Positions 18,585-28,368 are shown, counted from the first letter of the stretch. The stretch is DNA of 64,000 nucleotides from Nereida sp. (GCF_965655635.1 NZ_CBFHHE010000004.1:30158-94157), one strand, 5' to 3'. The notes: generated by a model from the letters alone, not told the origin. Numbers and translations: made by a program.

Positions 18585-19178
18585 TTAGCCACTTCCAGGG
18601 CGAACCGTCAGACCCAATATGTTCCAGCTTTGCATGCCGCCACGATAGTACCGAATTTTTTCGGCTGGATATCCCGCAGCAATCATACGCCGAGCAGCAG
18701 TGGGTGATTGGCCGCACCACGGACCGTTACAAAATAGAACAACAATCGGAGCCGCATCACTGCAGATCCATCCATCGAAATCAATCTCGCACCCAAGCTC
18801 ATCCAATCTGTCCGCAGCTTGTGTATACGGGATAGAGATTGCGCCCGGTATCGTAGATTTATCGTAGTCAGTGCGTATTCGCCCATCGACCAATACAGCA
18901 TCTTCTCGTTGTAAAAACTCAAGAACTTCCAATTCGCCAACTGGCGCAACACCAGGAGCAGGTATCATTGGTTGGATGCAAAAGTTTGGACATGGCCGTG
19001 ACGTTTGTGTCCAAGGTTCTTGCAACCGTGCATTCGGATCCTGGTTGCGCTTGATATCAACTATGCCATTAGCGGTCTGAACTGTTACGCTCAATAGGTC
19101 TTTGGCAATGCCGACGTCGCCAGCTTGCGCCGAGCCCGCCATCATCACACAACAAACAATTAGTTCTTTTAAACGCAT
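18585..19178 (-). CDS. Exported rhodanese-domain sulfurtransferase at the end of the sox operon
   Basis: Signal peptide (MRLKELIVCCVMMAGSAQA), DGR...Y...TIPGA, active loop FCNGPWCGQS, YRGGMQSW; extra Cys pairs (CPNFC). Confidence 0.85.
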   Translation of the reverse strand: MRLKELIVCCVMMAGSAQAGDVGIAKDLLSVTVQTANGIVDIKRNQDPNARLQEPWTQTSRPCPNFCIQPMIPAPGVAPVGELEVLEFLQREDAVLVDGRIRTDYDKSTIPGAISIPYTQAADRLDELGCEIDFDGWICSDAAPIVVLFCNGPWCGQSPTAARRMIAAGYPAEKIRYYRGGMQSWNILGLTVRPGSG

Positions 19179-19318
19179 GAAGTTAGCCACCTTAACTACT
19201 GGTTTTATAATATAAATCGGAAATAAACTTACGCGAAAGACCGGCACAGCTTGGCTCAACACACGGGCCAGAAAACTCTCGGACGGCAGATTGCGCCCGA
19301 GAGTGTTTTTAAAATCTA

Positions 19319-20584
19319 TTACCCGAACATGTCCGCAGTAATACCAGAGTACCAACCTTCAGATTCGAGGTAGGTTGCCTTACGTACTTCAGAACTCTCA
19401 CCGGTAGATGAGATGAAGCCATCAACTTTGGCGATCTTTTCATCGGTGGCTTCATATGTTGCGCCAACTTTAACACCGTTGTCAGTGTCGATCAGCGACC
19501 AGCATGTGTTAGAGAACTTGGCAGGGAACACACGTGAACCCGTCAGCGCTCCACGAATTGCGTTTGCACATACCTTGGCTTGGCTATTTGCAGAGAACCC
19601 TGACTTTGGCATATCGCCTTGCTGTGAAGCGTCGCCAAGAACATATACGTCTGCATCTGCTTTGCTTGACATGTCAGCAGCATTCACCGGCGCCCAATTG
19701 CCTTGAGTAACGCCTGCAATTTCAGCAATTTTACCGGCCTTCATGGCTGGGATGACGTTGCACACGTCAACATTGACAACCTCTCCATCAATGCTGAGCG
19801 TCATACCATTCGGATCAACTTCGACGTTACCGCCGCCAAATTCTTCACCGACCCAATCGATCATACCGCCATAATTATTTGCCCAACCCTCTTGGAATAG
19901 AGCCATTTTTGAGAATTTCGGCTTAGGGTCTGCAACAATAATTTTTGCAGTTGGGTTATTTGCTTTGAGGTAATGCGCAACCATCGAGACCCGCTCATAT
20001 GGGCCTGGAGGGCAGCGATATGGGTTTGGTGGAGCTACCATCGCGAATACACCACCCTCAGGCATCGCAGCCAACTGAGCTTTCAAAAGCTCGGTTTGAG
20101 AGCCTCCCTTATAAGCATGAGGCATCGCGTTTTGTGCCGTCACATCCCATCCGGCTACTGCGTTATCAACAAAATCGATACCGGGGCTTAACACCAATTT
20201 GTCGTATGTAAGCGTTGCTCCACCGGCCAACGTTACTTGCTTACTATCGCGGTCAACACCAATGGCCCAATCGTGAATAACATTCACGCCAGCGGCAGCC
20301 AAACCACCGTAGCTGTGACCGAGTTCATCCATCTCCTTAAAACCACCGAGGTACAGGTTTGAGAAGAAGCAGGTGTAGTAGGTACGGGTGGGCTCAATGA
20401 GTGTTACATCAATTTCGCCTTTACTATCTTTAGCGATATAACGAGCCGCAGTCGCACCGCCTGCACCACCACCAATTACAACGACGCGCGGCTTGCCGTT
20501 TCCTGCAGCCAACGCCATAGGAGCCGATAAAGCAGCAGACGCCGCCGCTGTGGCACCCAAAAACTTTCTTCTGTTTATAGTCAT
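19319..20584 (-). CDS. soxF: Flavocytochrome c sulfide dehydrogenase flavoprotein
   Basis: TAT RRKFL, VVVIGGGAGG, TCFFSN, PYRCPPGPYER, PKSGFSANSQAK and NTCWS motifs. Confidence 0.94.
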   Translation of the reverse strand: MTINRRKFLGATAAASAALSAPMALAAGNGKPRVVVIGGGAGGATAARYIAKDSKGEIDVTLIEPTRTYYTCFFSNLYLGGFKEMDELGHSYGGLAAAGVNVIHDWAIGVDRDSKQVTLAGGATLTYDKLVLSPGIDFVDNAVAGWDVTAQNAMPHAYKGGSQTELLKAQLAAMPEGGVFAMVAPPNPYRCPPGPYERVSMVAHYLKANNPTAKIIVADPKPKFSKMALFQEGWANNYGGMIDWVGEEFGGGNVEVDPNGMTLSIDGEVVNVDVCNVIPAMKAGKIAEIAGVTQGNWAPVNAADMSSKADADVYVLGDASQQGDMPKSGFSANSQAKVCANAIRGALTGSRVFPAKFSNTCWSLIDTDNGVKVGATYEATDEKIAKVDGFISSTGESSEVRKATYLESEGWYSGITADMFG

Positions 20585-20607
20585 TTCTTATTCCTCCCTT
20601 TATTGCC

Positions 20608-21294
20608 TCAGTTTCCGAGGCTTTTGAAATACGCTGCAAGCGCAGCGATCTCATCATTGGCCAAACGACCAGTGACCATTTGCATCACGGAATTATCGCG
20701 ATACTTTTCTTTGTAAGCGTGCATTGCTGTAACGAAATCTGCCTCGTCCCAGCCTGTAATGCCGGGGATGCCATCATTGGCACCACTGGATAAATGACAT
20801 GTGGTACACTCGGACCCGAGGTACTCACCATAAGCGACGTCACCATCCATAGCCAATATTTCTTGTGATACAGAAAAACCGGCTTCGGTAGCGATCGAGC
20901 TATCAGAATATGTTGTGAGGTACGCTATCACATCTGCGCGCTCCTCAGGTTTTGTTAAGCCCCTAAAACTCATCCGTGTTCCTGGCAGGTATTTTTTCGG
21001 AGCCTCTAGGAAAGCATTAAGAGCCGCTTCATCCCAAACCAGACCGTCAGCAGCGGCATTTTTCAAAGCCTTAGAGTATTTCACACCATCAATATTTGCA
21101 GCAGGTGCGCCAATGATATTGTTGAGGTTGGGGCCGACGCGATTACGCGCATCATCACCCACCATGTGGCAGCTGGCGCATTTCCTATAGACTTTTTTGC
21201 CCGCATCAGGGTCCCCTACACTTTCCGCGTGAGCGGAAAATGTAGAGACCGTCAGCCCAACACATAATCCTATTCTAGAAAGATCCAAAAGCAT
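20608..21294 (-). CDS. soxE: Dihaem cytochrome c
   Basis: CASCH and CTTCH haem motifs, c2-like GPNLN and PGTRM; lies between soxD and soxF. Confidence 0.88.
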   Translation of the reverse strand: MLLDLSRIGLCVGLTVSTFSAHAESVGDPDAGKKVYRKCASCHMVGDDARNRVGPNLNNIIGAPAANIDGVKYSKALKNAAADGLVWDEAALNAFLEAPKKYLPGTRMSFRGLTKPEERADVIAYLTTYSDSSIATEAGFSVSQEILAMDGDVAYGEYLGSECTTCHLSSGANDGIPGITGWDEADFVTAMHAYKEKYRDNSVMQMVTGRLANDEIAALAAYFKSLGN

Positions 21295-21296
21295 GA

Positions 21297-22619
21297 TTAT
21301 TCGCCAAATGTTCGCAAGTATTCGATAACTGCCTGCTGGTCAGATGCTTTCTTCAGGCCGGGAAAAGCCATCTTCGTACCCTTCATATACGATTTTGGTT
21401 TTTCCAAAAAACCGGCCAAGGCTTCATCATCCCAAACCAAACCATCCTCAAGCGCTGCTGTAAACACCTTTGAATATTTGAAGCCGTCGACCGACCCCAT
21501 GGTCCGACCAACAATGCCGTTCAAATGCGGGCCAGAACCATTCTTTGCTCCCTCTCCAACCCCATGGCATGCTCGGCATTTCTTAAATACTTTTTTGCCA
21601 TCATCAATCAACTGTGCTTCCTGATCCTCTGCGGACACCTCTTCAACAATCGCCTTTGTGGCGGCAGGTGCTTTTGGCGCAACAGTGGCTGCAGGGATAA
21701 ATGCTGGGCCAGTGGCCGTGAATGACGGCAGACCATCAATCGTGGCATTGTTCATGACCGAATTGGAACCACCTTCTGGCGGTGTCTCAACCAAGAAGAC
21801 AGACCGCATCGTGACTTCGACTTCTTCTTTACAGTTTTTCATGCATGGTTCAGTGCGCCAAGCCGCGTACTCAGTTTCAGCGCGGTCATCCAAAACAAAA
21901 CCGTCTTCGTTGTGCATTTCGAAGTCAGCAAAATTTTCTTGTGATAGCACAAAATCGTCATCAACCATGTCATTGGAATAAAGAATATAAGCAACGATCG
22001 CGTACGTTTCATCCGCAGTCAGAGTCCCTGCTGCACCGAACGGCATTGAGCGATTGATGTAGTCCCACACAGTAGAAAGATGAGGCCAGTAGGAGCCTAC
22101 TGTTTTGATTGGGTCCTCATCTGCCAGCGTGTCAAAACCTCCCGCCAGCACCGGCCAATTGTCAACACCTTCAGCGAAGTCACCGTGACAGGCGGCACAT
22201 TGATCCGCAAAGACCTCTTCACCTGTGAACACATCGCCAGATCCCACGGGTAACCCGCGTCCATCTGGTAGGACATCCACGTCCCATGCTGCGATTTCCT
22301 CGGACAGCGCTAAACGACCAATTTGATATGTGTCGGCTTTGAGCGGTGCAGGCTCTGCAACGGAGCCAACCTGGGAGGCAGCTGCTGCCAGATTAGTTTC
22401 GACAGTTGTCAAACGATCTTGAAGAGCTTGGACAACTTCATTCTGTGCATCGCTTGCATTCTGTGCCGCTGATGTCCGAGCGTTGGCTTGATCAAGCTGA
22501 ATTTCGAGGGACTCGATAGTGCTCTTGTTGTAATCACGCCCCGCTAGTCCAAATGCGAGCCCAAGTGCTAATGCTGTGCCACTGGCTGCCGGCAGGAAGA
22601 TATTAAGAAACTTCGACAT
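21297..22619 (-). CDS. soxD: Sulfur dehydrogenase cytochrome subunit with extended N-terminus
   Basis: EEIAAWDVDV.PDGRGLP.GSG, CAACH, KTVGSYWP and DYINRSMPF motifs; second haem domain CRACH. Confidence 0.94.
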   Translation of the reverse strand: MSKFLNIFLPAASGTALALGLAFGLAGRDYNKSTIESLEIQLDQANARTSAAQNASDAQNEVVQALQDRLTTVETNLAAAASQVGSVAEPAPLKADTYQIGRLALSEEIAAWDVDVLPDGRGLPVGSGDVFTGEEVFADQCAACHGDFAEGVDNWPVLAGGFDTLADEDPIKTVGSYWPHLSTVWDYINRSMPFGAAGTLTADETYAIVAYILYSNDMVDDDFVLSQENFADFEMHNEDGFVLDDRAETEYAAWRTEPCMKNCKEEVEVTMRSVFLVETPPEGGSNSVMNNATIDGLPSFTATGPAFIPAATVAPKAPAATKAIVEEVSAEDQEAQLIDDGKKVFKKCRACHGVGEGAKNGSGPHLNGIVGRTMGSVDGFKYSKVFTAALEDGLVWDDEALAGFLEKPKSYMKGTKMAFPGLKKASDQQAVIEYLRTFGE

Positions 22620-23865
22620 TCTCGGCTTTCCCTTCTACGTCTACGTACCAAGTTTGGATACAGTTGTTGTGATACACAGCGTTCTCGCCACGTTGTTCTC
22701 TCAGTTGTTCTTTAGTTGGTTGAACGTAGCCGGTGTCATCCATAGCTCGTGCTTGCAAAAGCATCGGCGTACCGTCCCACTCTGTATCTAAGTAGAACCG
22801 CGTCAGCGCTTTTGTGTCACCCTGCTTGCCAAGCCGCGCAGTTTCCCAAGTAATACCGCCATCTTTGGACACGTCTACGCGCGTGATCTGACCGTGACCT
22901 GACCAAGCCAGACCGGAAATAACCATCGGCCCTGCACCATGTGTAACGGGCATTTGCGGGCTCGGAGATGTAATGACAGACTTTGCGTCCATGACCCACG
23001 TCCACTTGCGTGCTACGCCATCCTCGTAAACGTCGGTATATTTTGATGTTTCTTCGCGGCTCTCAACTGCGCGATCAGTGATTTCAATACGGCGCAACCA
23101 CTTAACCCAAAGGTTACCCTCCCAACCAGGTACTACCAAACGCACTGGATATCCGTGCTCCATCCGCAAGGCTTCACCGTTTGCTTTGAAAGCTACCAAA
23201 ACGTCATCCAGCGCTTTTTCCATAGGTATGGAGCGTCCGTTCGATGATGCATCGGCGCCTTCAACATAAACCCATTTATCCAAAGAGATGTCAGCTCCCG
23301 CTTCTTTTAGAAGCGTCCGCAAAGGAACACCGGTGTATTCCATGTTGTGGATCATCCCATGTGTAAATTGTACGCCGTTCAGCTGCGCACCGGCCCACTC
23401 CATACCCGTGTTGGCAGCACATTCACAGAAATACACATGGTTTTCGCGTGGCAACCGCTCAAGATCTTCATAGGTAAACACCAAAGGCCGATCCACAAGA
23501 CCATTGATCATCAAGCGGTAGTCATCTTTGTGAAGTTCAATCGCGCCTGAGTGATGGCGTTCAAACGCACACCCTTGGGGTGTGATTGTGCCTTCAAGCG
23601 CATGAATTGGGGTGAAATTGATAGACGAAATAGGTGAGGCTGTCAGCCATTCAACATTGCGACGAATAACGTCGGACTCGAAGCTAATCGGAAGGCCGTA
23701 AGGTGTCTCATCTACCCCCGCGCCCAGATATGAGGCCCAGTCCTGCAGCTCGGTAATGGCTGGATCAGGTGTTTGGGCACTAACAGTACCAGCAGCTGTG
23801 CCTGCTGCTACTGCAGCACTTCCTCGCAAGAAGGCGCGACGGGAGGTTTTAGACATCTCATCCAT
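22603..23865 (-). CDS. soxC: Sulfur dehydrogenase molybdoprotein subunit
   Basis: TAT SRRAFL, FERHHSG, Moco Cys FCECAAN, GYPVRLVVPGWEGN and SGLAWSG motifs. Confidence 0.96.
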   Translation of the reverse strand: MDEMSKTSRRAFLRGSAAVAAGTAAGTVSAQTPDPAITELQDWASYLGAGVDETPYGLPISFESDVIRRNVEWLTASPISSINFTPIHALEGTITPQGCAFERHHSGAIELHKDDYRLMINGLVDRPLVFTYEDLERLPRENHVYFCECAANTGMEWAGAQLNGVQFTHGMIHNMEYTGVPLRTLLKEAGADISLDKWVYVEGADASSNGRSIPMEKALDDVLVAFKANGEALRMEHGYPVRLVVPGWEGNLWVKWLRRIEITDRAVESREETSKYTDVYEDGVARKWTWVMDAKSVITSPSPQMPVTHGAGPMVISGLAWSGHGQITRVDVSKDGGITWETARLGKQGDTKALTRFYLDTEWDGTPMLLQARAMDDTGYVQPTKEQLREQRGENAVYHNNCIQTWYVDVEGKAENVEVS

Positions 23866-23889
23866 TTATTGAGTTCTCCAATTTTCTAT

Positions 23890-25587
23890 TCAAAGGCCAA
23901 CGACGTCGACGCTGTTGTTTTCTGACACTGTTACAGTACCGAGCTTGCGGATATGGTTCTCGACCACATCCCAGATTTGGGGTCCTTCGGTTCCCTCGTT
24001 CACGCTAGCCCAACCGGCAACAACGTAAGAATGAGACGGATCAATACGCTCGCCGGTAGCGAGTAATGTCATTTCGGAAATGCGCTCACCCTGGGGCTTG
24101 CTAACGTCAATCCGGTAACCGAGGCCACCGGTACGCACCATATCGCCACCCTGTTGATAATAAGGGTCCGGATTAAAGATGTTGTCGGCGACGTCTTCCA
24201 AAATCACTTTTAGAAATTCACCTGTCATTTCACTACGATACGCCTGACCGTAAGACATCGAAGTGACGCCAAACAAATCTTCGCGCGTGATATCCTGACC
24301 AGGCACAAGCGATGGCCCCCACCGCACGCCCGGACTTAGCGCAATCTGCGCATCACGTTCGCTGAGCAATGCGTCACAAATCAAATCATCCCAAGTTCCA
24401 TTGAAGTTCCCACGACGATACAAAAGGCTATCAGTACGTCCTAAAACTTCAGTCAGCTCAGGCAAATAGGGAGCGCGCTCGGCATCAATGATCGCAGCCA
24501 CTTCAGCATCTGGGGCAATTACATCAGAAAAAATTGGTATCAGTTTGGTGCGGTACCCCATCATCCGGCCATCTCGAATATCAAGATCGACACGGCTCAC
24601 AAACTTACCATTAGAGCCTGATGGCAATACGATCGTACCACCAACGACTACAGGTTCAGGTAGCGCATCATGTGTGTGACCAGATAGAATAACGTCGATG
24701 CCAGGAACTACGCTGGCCATCTTCTTGTCCACATCAAAACCGTTGTGGCTTAGAACAACAACGCATTCCGCACCTTCGGCGCGTACCTTCTCAACCATCT
24801 TCGCCATGTTTTCATCGCGAATACCAAACGAGAACTCTGGGAACATCCAGCCTGGATTGGCAATTGGCATGTATGGGAATGCTTGACCGATTACAGCAAT
24901 CTTCGTTCCACCACGCTCAAAAATTTTATAGGGTGGAAACAGATTAGATGGCTCGTCCCATTCAGAATCAAAGATGTTCTGCCCGAGCGCCGCAAAAGGA
25001 AGACTTTCGACAAGCTCGGTCACGCGCTCAGTGCCCAAAGTAAATTCCCAGTGGAACGTCATCGCGTCAGGCTCTAGCGCGTTCATGACATTCACCATGT
25101 CTTGCGCCTGTGTCATGTGCGTTGTGTAGGAGCCGTGCCAAGTATCGCCACCGTCCAACAAGATAGCATCGGGACGATCAGCACGAATAGCTTTCACAAC
25201 CGTCGCCACACGGTCCAAGCCGCCAACACGTCCGTACCCTTGTGCCAGAGACGAAAAATCGCCTGAACTCAGGGCATAGTGGCTGGGACTGCCGTCCTCG
25301 ATGCCGTACATTCTACGGAAATCAGCACCTGTGACGTGCGGAACCGCACCGGCATTGGCCCCAACCCCGATATTCACCGAAGGCTCGCGAAAATAGATTG
25401 GTTTCAGTTGTCCATGAATATCTGTGATGTGGATGAGTGAAACGTTCCCGTAGGTATCAAACTCGAGTAGCTGATCCTGACTGAGCCGCTGTTGGGCAGC
25501 CAAACGTGCCCAGTTCCCAAAGCCAGAGCCACCAACGATGGCTGAGGCCGCCATACCAACTTGCAAAAAATCTCGACGTGAAATCAT
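23890..25587 (-). CDS. soxB: Thiosulfohydrolase
   Basis: TAT SRRDFL, HITDIHGQL.P.YFREPS, DGGDTW, HWEF, SGHTHD, RRGNF and DPYYQQGGDM motifs. Confidence 0.96.
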   Translation of the reverse strand: MISRRDFLQVGMAASAIVGGSGFGNWARLAAQQRLSQDQLLEFDTYGNVSLIHITDIHGQLKPIYFREPSVNIGVGANAGAVPHVTGADFRRMYGIEDGSPSHYALSSGDFSSLAQGYGRVGGLDRVATVVKAIRADRPDAILLDGGDTWHGSYTTHMTQAQDMVNVMNALEPDAMTFHWEFTLGTERVTELVESLPFAALGQNIFDSEWDEPSNLFPPYKIFERGGTKIAVIGQAFPYMPIANPGWMFPEFSFGIRDENMAKMVEKVRAEGAECVVVLSHNGFDVDKKMASVVPGIDVILSGHTHDALPEPVVVGGTIVLPSGSNGKFVSRVDLDIRDGRMMGYRTKLIPIFSDVIAPDAEVAAIIDAERAPYLPELTEVLGRTDSLLYRRGNFNGTWDDLICDALLSERDAQIALSPGVRWGPSLVPGQDITREDLFGVTSMSYGQAYRSEMTGEFLKVILEDVADNIFNPDPYYQQGGDMVRTGGLGYRIDVSKPQGERISEMTLLATGERIDPSHSYVVAGWASVNEGTEGPQIWDVVENHIRKLGTVTVSENNSVDVVGL

Positions 25588-25818
25588 TCGATGAATTCTT
25601 TCTATAAGCTATATGAATATTGGAATGTCATTTCGTGCACATTTCCATATTCAGGGTTGGTTGCGGATCAATTGGAGCAATTGGCTAAAGCGGTTTCGGA
25701 AGACCGTCTGGTTTTACCGGCTGGTCTTAAAAACAAATGTGAGAACCAAAGGTGTCGCGGCCTTAAACCGTAACTAAGTGCTGAAAATTAATTCAGGCAC
25801 CCTCTGGCGCAAATCTCA

Positions 25819-26148
25819 CTAAGAAACGCTGACCTTCTTTTTCGCCTCATAGATATCGCCATCGTCGTCGTACCATTTGAAAGTGAACTCACCACTTTCT
25901 GGGACAATCGCTTCAAACTGAAAATACGGGTTCGTAGAAATGGCCGGCTCAAGTGCGACATCAATCACATTTTCGCCGTTAAATTCGGCCGTAAAGCGGT
26001 TGATAATCGACCTCGGAATAAGGTTACCGTCATCATCCTTACGCTGACCGCTTTCCATTTTGTGGCTGATCAGTGTCTTGATTGTAATTGCCTCACCAGC
26101 TTCAGCTGTTTTGGGTACTTTCACCCGTGGTTTCACACCAGATGCCAT
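25819..26148 (-). CDS. soxZ: Sulfur carrier subunit Z
   Basis: IKTLISHKMESGQRKD, AISTNPYF.F and W.DDDG motifs; SD AGGAGA before MASGVKPRVK (109 aa). Confidence 0.96.
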   Translation of the reverse strand: MASGVKPRVKVPKTAEAGEAITIKTLISHKMESGQRKDDDGNLIPRSIINRFTAEFNGENVIDVALEPAISTNPYFQFEAIVPESGEFTFKWYDDDGDIYEAKKKVSVS

Positions 26149-26210
26149 ATTGTATCTCCTAGGTATATTGTCAGCACCGCTGACAGTATGAATATTTGAA
26201 GTGCAGCTAA

Positions 26211-26648
26211 TTAGCCGCCACAACCACCGATGGTCACTTTGACATTTGCCTTAGCCATCTGGAATGAACCGTCTTCCATCTCTGCAACAGCCACGACGTT
26301 CTGCGTTGTGGATAGTCGGATTCGTGTAGACGCTGTGCGCGACGCACTCAGCGCACCAAACTTGAAGGTGGCAACGCTTGGAGTTGGGTTCCCATCAGCG
26401 AACAAAGTGATCGCAACAGCACCCGGAGCATCTATTTCTACGGGAACAGTGTTGCCATTCTCAGCAATTTCAGGGGCCGTTATGGAAATGCCACCTTCGA
26501 CAGCACCTGCGCCGCCTGTAAGAGCTGCAATTGCATCATCTGTCAGGCTTGCAAGGGCCGGCGTACCTACAACAGCGGTCATCGCCAATGCGCAACCACC
26601 CAAAGAAAGGATCGAGCGCCTGTTAAACTGTCTAGTATGGGTAGTCAT
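26211..26648 (-). CDS. soxY: Sulfur carrier subunit Y
   Basis: TAT-like NRRSIL, APEIAENGNTVPV and intact swinging arm VKVTIGGCGG. Confidence 0.96.
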   Translation of the reverse strand: MTTHTRQFNRRSILSLGGCALAMTAVVGTPALASLTDDAIAALTGGAGAVEGGISITAPEIAENGNTVPVEIDAPGAVAITLFADGNPTPSVATFKFGALSASRTASTRIRLSTTQNVVAVAEMEDGSFQMAKANVKVTIGGCGG

Positions 26649-27015
26649 GTCGGTAGGTTTCCCTTCCTGTAGTTAAAAAGTGAGAGACGGTGAATTCGCA
26701 ACAGCGCGCTTGATCAAAGAGGCGTTGGGCGGGTGTTACAACCGGATGCCTTCTATGGCCAGTGGAGATACAAACAGTCGATGACGCATATTGCAGCATT
26801 ATTAGTCGCCCCTCCCAAGCCGATTCAGTTGCCGATTTATGGTATGCTAATGGACACCAACACATTCACGCAACAACAAATTCAATTAAAAGAATTGTTA
26901 TATTTGTTAGCAGGTGCAGAAAAATAAGTAATATTTTGCGCATAATGCCAATCTGGAAAGGCCAAACAGACTACTGGACTATACAACACTTAGCCACAAT
27001 GCCGCAGCGCAGCAG

Positions 27016-27167
27016 TCAGCTGTAAGGATATAAATCGGGTAAAATGAGCTTCAAAAGCCCCAGTCCAAAGTCATTCAGCAATCGCGTAGGTTGGCTTACA
27101 GGGCCGCAAACCATCTTACATGTAATAAGCCAGGCAGCCAAAACTCCGACGTTTTTGTTACACGCAT
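27016..27167 (-). pseudogene. Possible decayed 5' remnant of soxW
   Basis: An ATG 14 nt after the soxV stop, behind AGGGTGA. With +1 in the A5 run it reads MRVTKNVGVLAAWLIT...LNDFGL, signal-peptide-like and vaguely like the SoxW LGDDGL. No CxxC is left. Confidence 0.2.
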
Positions 27168-27181
27168 TCACCCTACGCTCA

Positions 27182-27922
27182 CTAGCCGAGCGTGCTAAAC
27201 CAGGGCACATAATCGAGCATCATTTGCGCAATAGCCCCAATCTGATCGGTCCCCACAAGAATTCCGAATGTAATCAGGCATAAACCAGTGACCTTTTCGA
27301 CTACCCCAAGATATGCCCTAAACCGCAAGATCCATGATGTGAACTGATCCACAAATAGCGATACGAGAACAAATGGCATGGTCATGCCCGCTCCGTAAAC
27401 AAATAATAACCATGCTCCCTCTGCAGCAGTATCTTGCGCGGCAGCCGTAAATAAAATTGCGGCAAGGACTGGCCCCACACATGGGGTCCAACCAAAAGCA
27501 AATGCCAACCCCACAACATAAGCGCCTACAAATCTTGAAGGATCAATCAAACGGGTTTCAATTCTGACCTGGCGGTGGAACGCAGCGATTTGAACGGTAC
27601 CCAAAAAATGCAGACCCATTACAATTAATAGGCACGAAGCCACCAATCGAATTACATCAAACCAATCTTGCACCAGCACACCCAGAGTGCTGGCACTCGC
27701 CCCCAAAGCGACAAATACTGTAATGATACCAAGACCGAAAAAGATAGAAGAAGTTACTGCCCGCGCCCGTCCAGAGATAATCGTGTTCTCGCTGGCTTGA
27801 GCTTCGTTAAGACGTGAGCCGGCAAAATAACTCACATAAAATGGCACTATCGGCAAAACGCAGGGGGACAAAAAAGACAAAAGGCCCGCTGTAAGGGCGC
27901 CAACTGTAGTCACCTCGAACAT
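27182..27922 (-). CDS. soxV: CcdA/DsbD-like membrane thiol-disulfide transporter
   Basis: SFLSPCVLP and FGWTPCVGPVL (both catalytic Cys); position divergent from soxS; SD GGAG before MFEV. Confidence 0.88.
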   Translation of the reverse strand: MFEVTTVGALTAGLLSFLSPCVLPIVPFYVSYFAGSRLNEAQASENTIISGRARAVTSSIFFGLGIITVFVALGASASTLGVLVQDWFDVIRLVASCLLIVMGLHFLGTVQIAAFHRQVRIETRLIDPSRFVGAYVVGLAFAFGWTPCVGPVLAAILFTAAAQDTAAEGAWLLFVYGAGMTMPFVLVSLFVDQFTSWILRFRAYLGVVEKVTGLCLITFGILVGTDQIGAIAQMMLDYVPWFSTLG

Positions 27923-28005
27923 TTTAACTCCGTCACTCACTTGAGCAATTTGCATAAAGGCATATATTGGAGGCATGAGAGACGTCAACGAAAGGGCGCT
28001 CCAGC

Positions 28006-28368
28006 ATGTTCAGAGCGATTTTTACAGCGACGTTACTTTGTATTCCCTGCACCGCATTTGCAGAGACATTGTTACTTATGGCTGAGAGGGACGGATGTTA
28101 TTGGTGTGATCGATGGGATGCTGAGATAGCAGAAATTTATCCAAAAACTTCTGAAGGAAAAACTGCTCGCCTTGAACGCTTTGATATCAAAACGGGAGCG
28201 CGAGACGTAGAACTTGAGAAGTCTGTCCGTTTTACACCCACTTTTATTCTTGTTAATGACGGTAAGGAAGTTGGCCGTATCGAAGGCTATCCCGGTGAAG
28301 ACTTCTTTTGGGCAATGCTTTCGATGATGCTCAAAGATGCTGATATACCTTTTGAACAAGCGAGTTGA
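28006..28368 (+). CDS. soxS: Periplasmic thioredoxin-like protein
   Basis: Signal peptide, GCYWC, FTPTF and RIEGYPGEDFFW motifs. Confidence 0.88.
   Translation: MFRAIFTATLLCIPCTAFAETLLLMAERDGCYWCDRWDAEIAEIYPKTSEGKTARLERFDIKTGARDVELEKSVRFTPTFILVNDGKEVGRIEGYPGEDFFWAMLSMMLKDADIPFEQAS

Noticed and set aside
25588-25818. soxA remnant, or the + strand 60-aa ORF at 25591-25773
   Set aside because: No CxxCH, no SoxA-like termini in any minus frame I read, and the + ORF is antisense to the operon with no SD.
26660-26740. soxX C-terminal remnant (…LIKRAVA…SLTF*)
   Set aside because: Resemblance to IEDVVA.L.TL is too weak to distinguish from chance.
26935-26962. dif/Xer-like site (TTTGCGCATAA)
   Set aside because: The XerC-like arm matches 9/11, but the XerD arm does not match at the 6-bp spacing.
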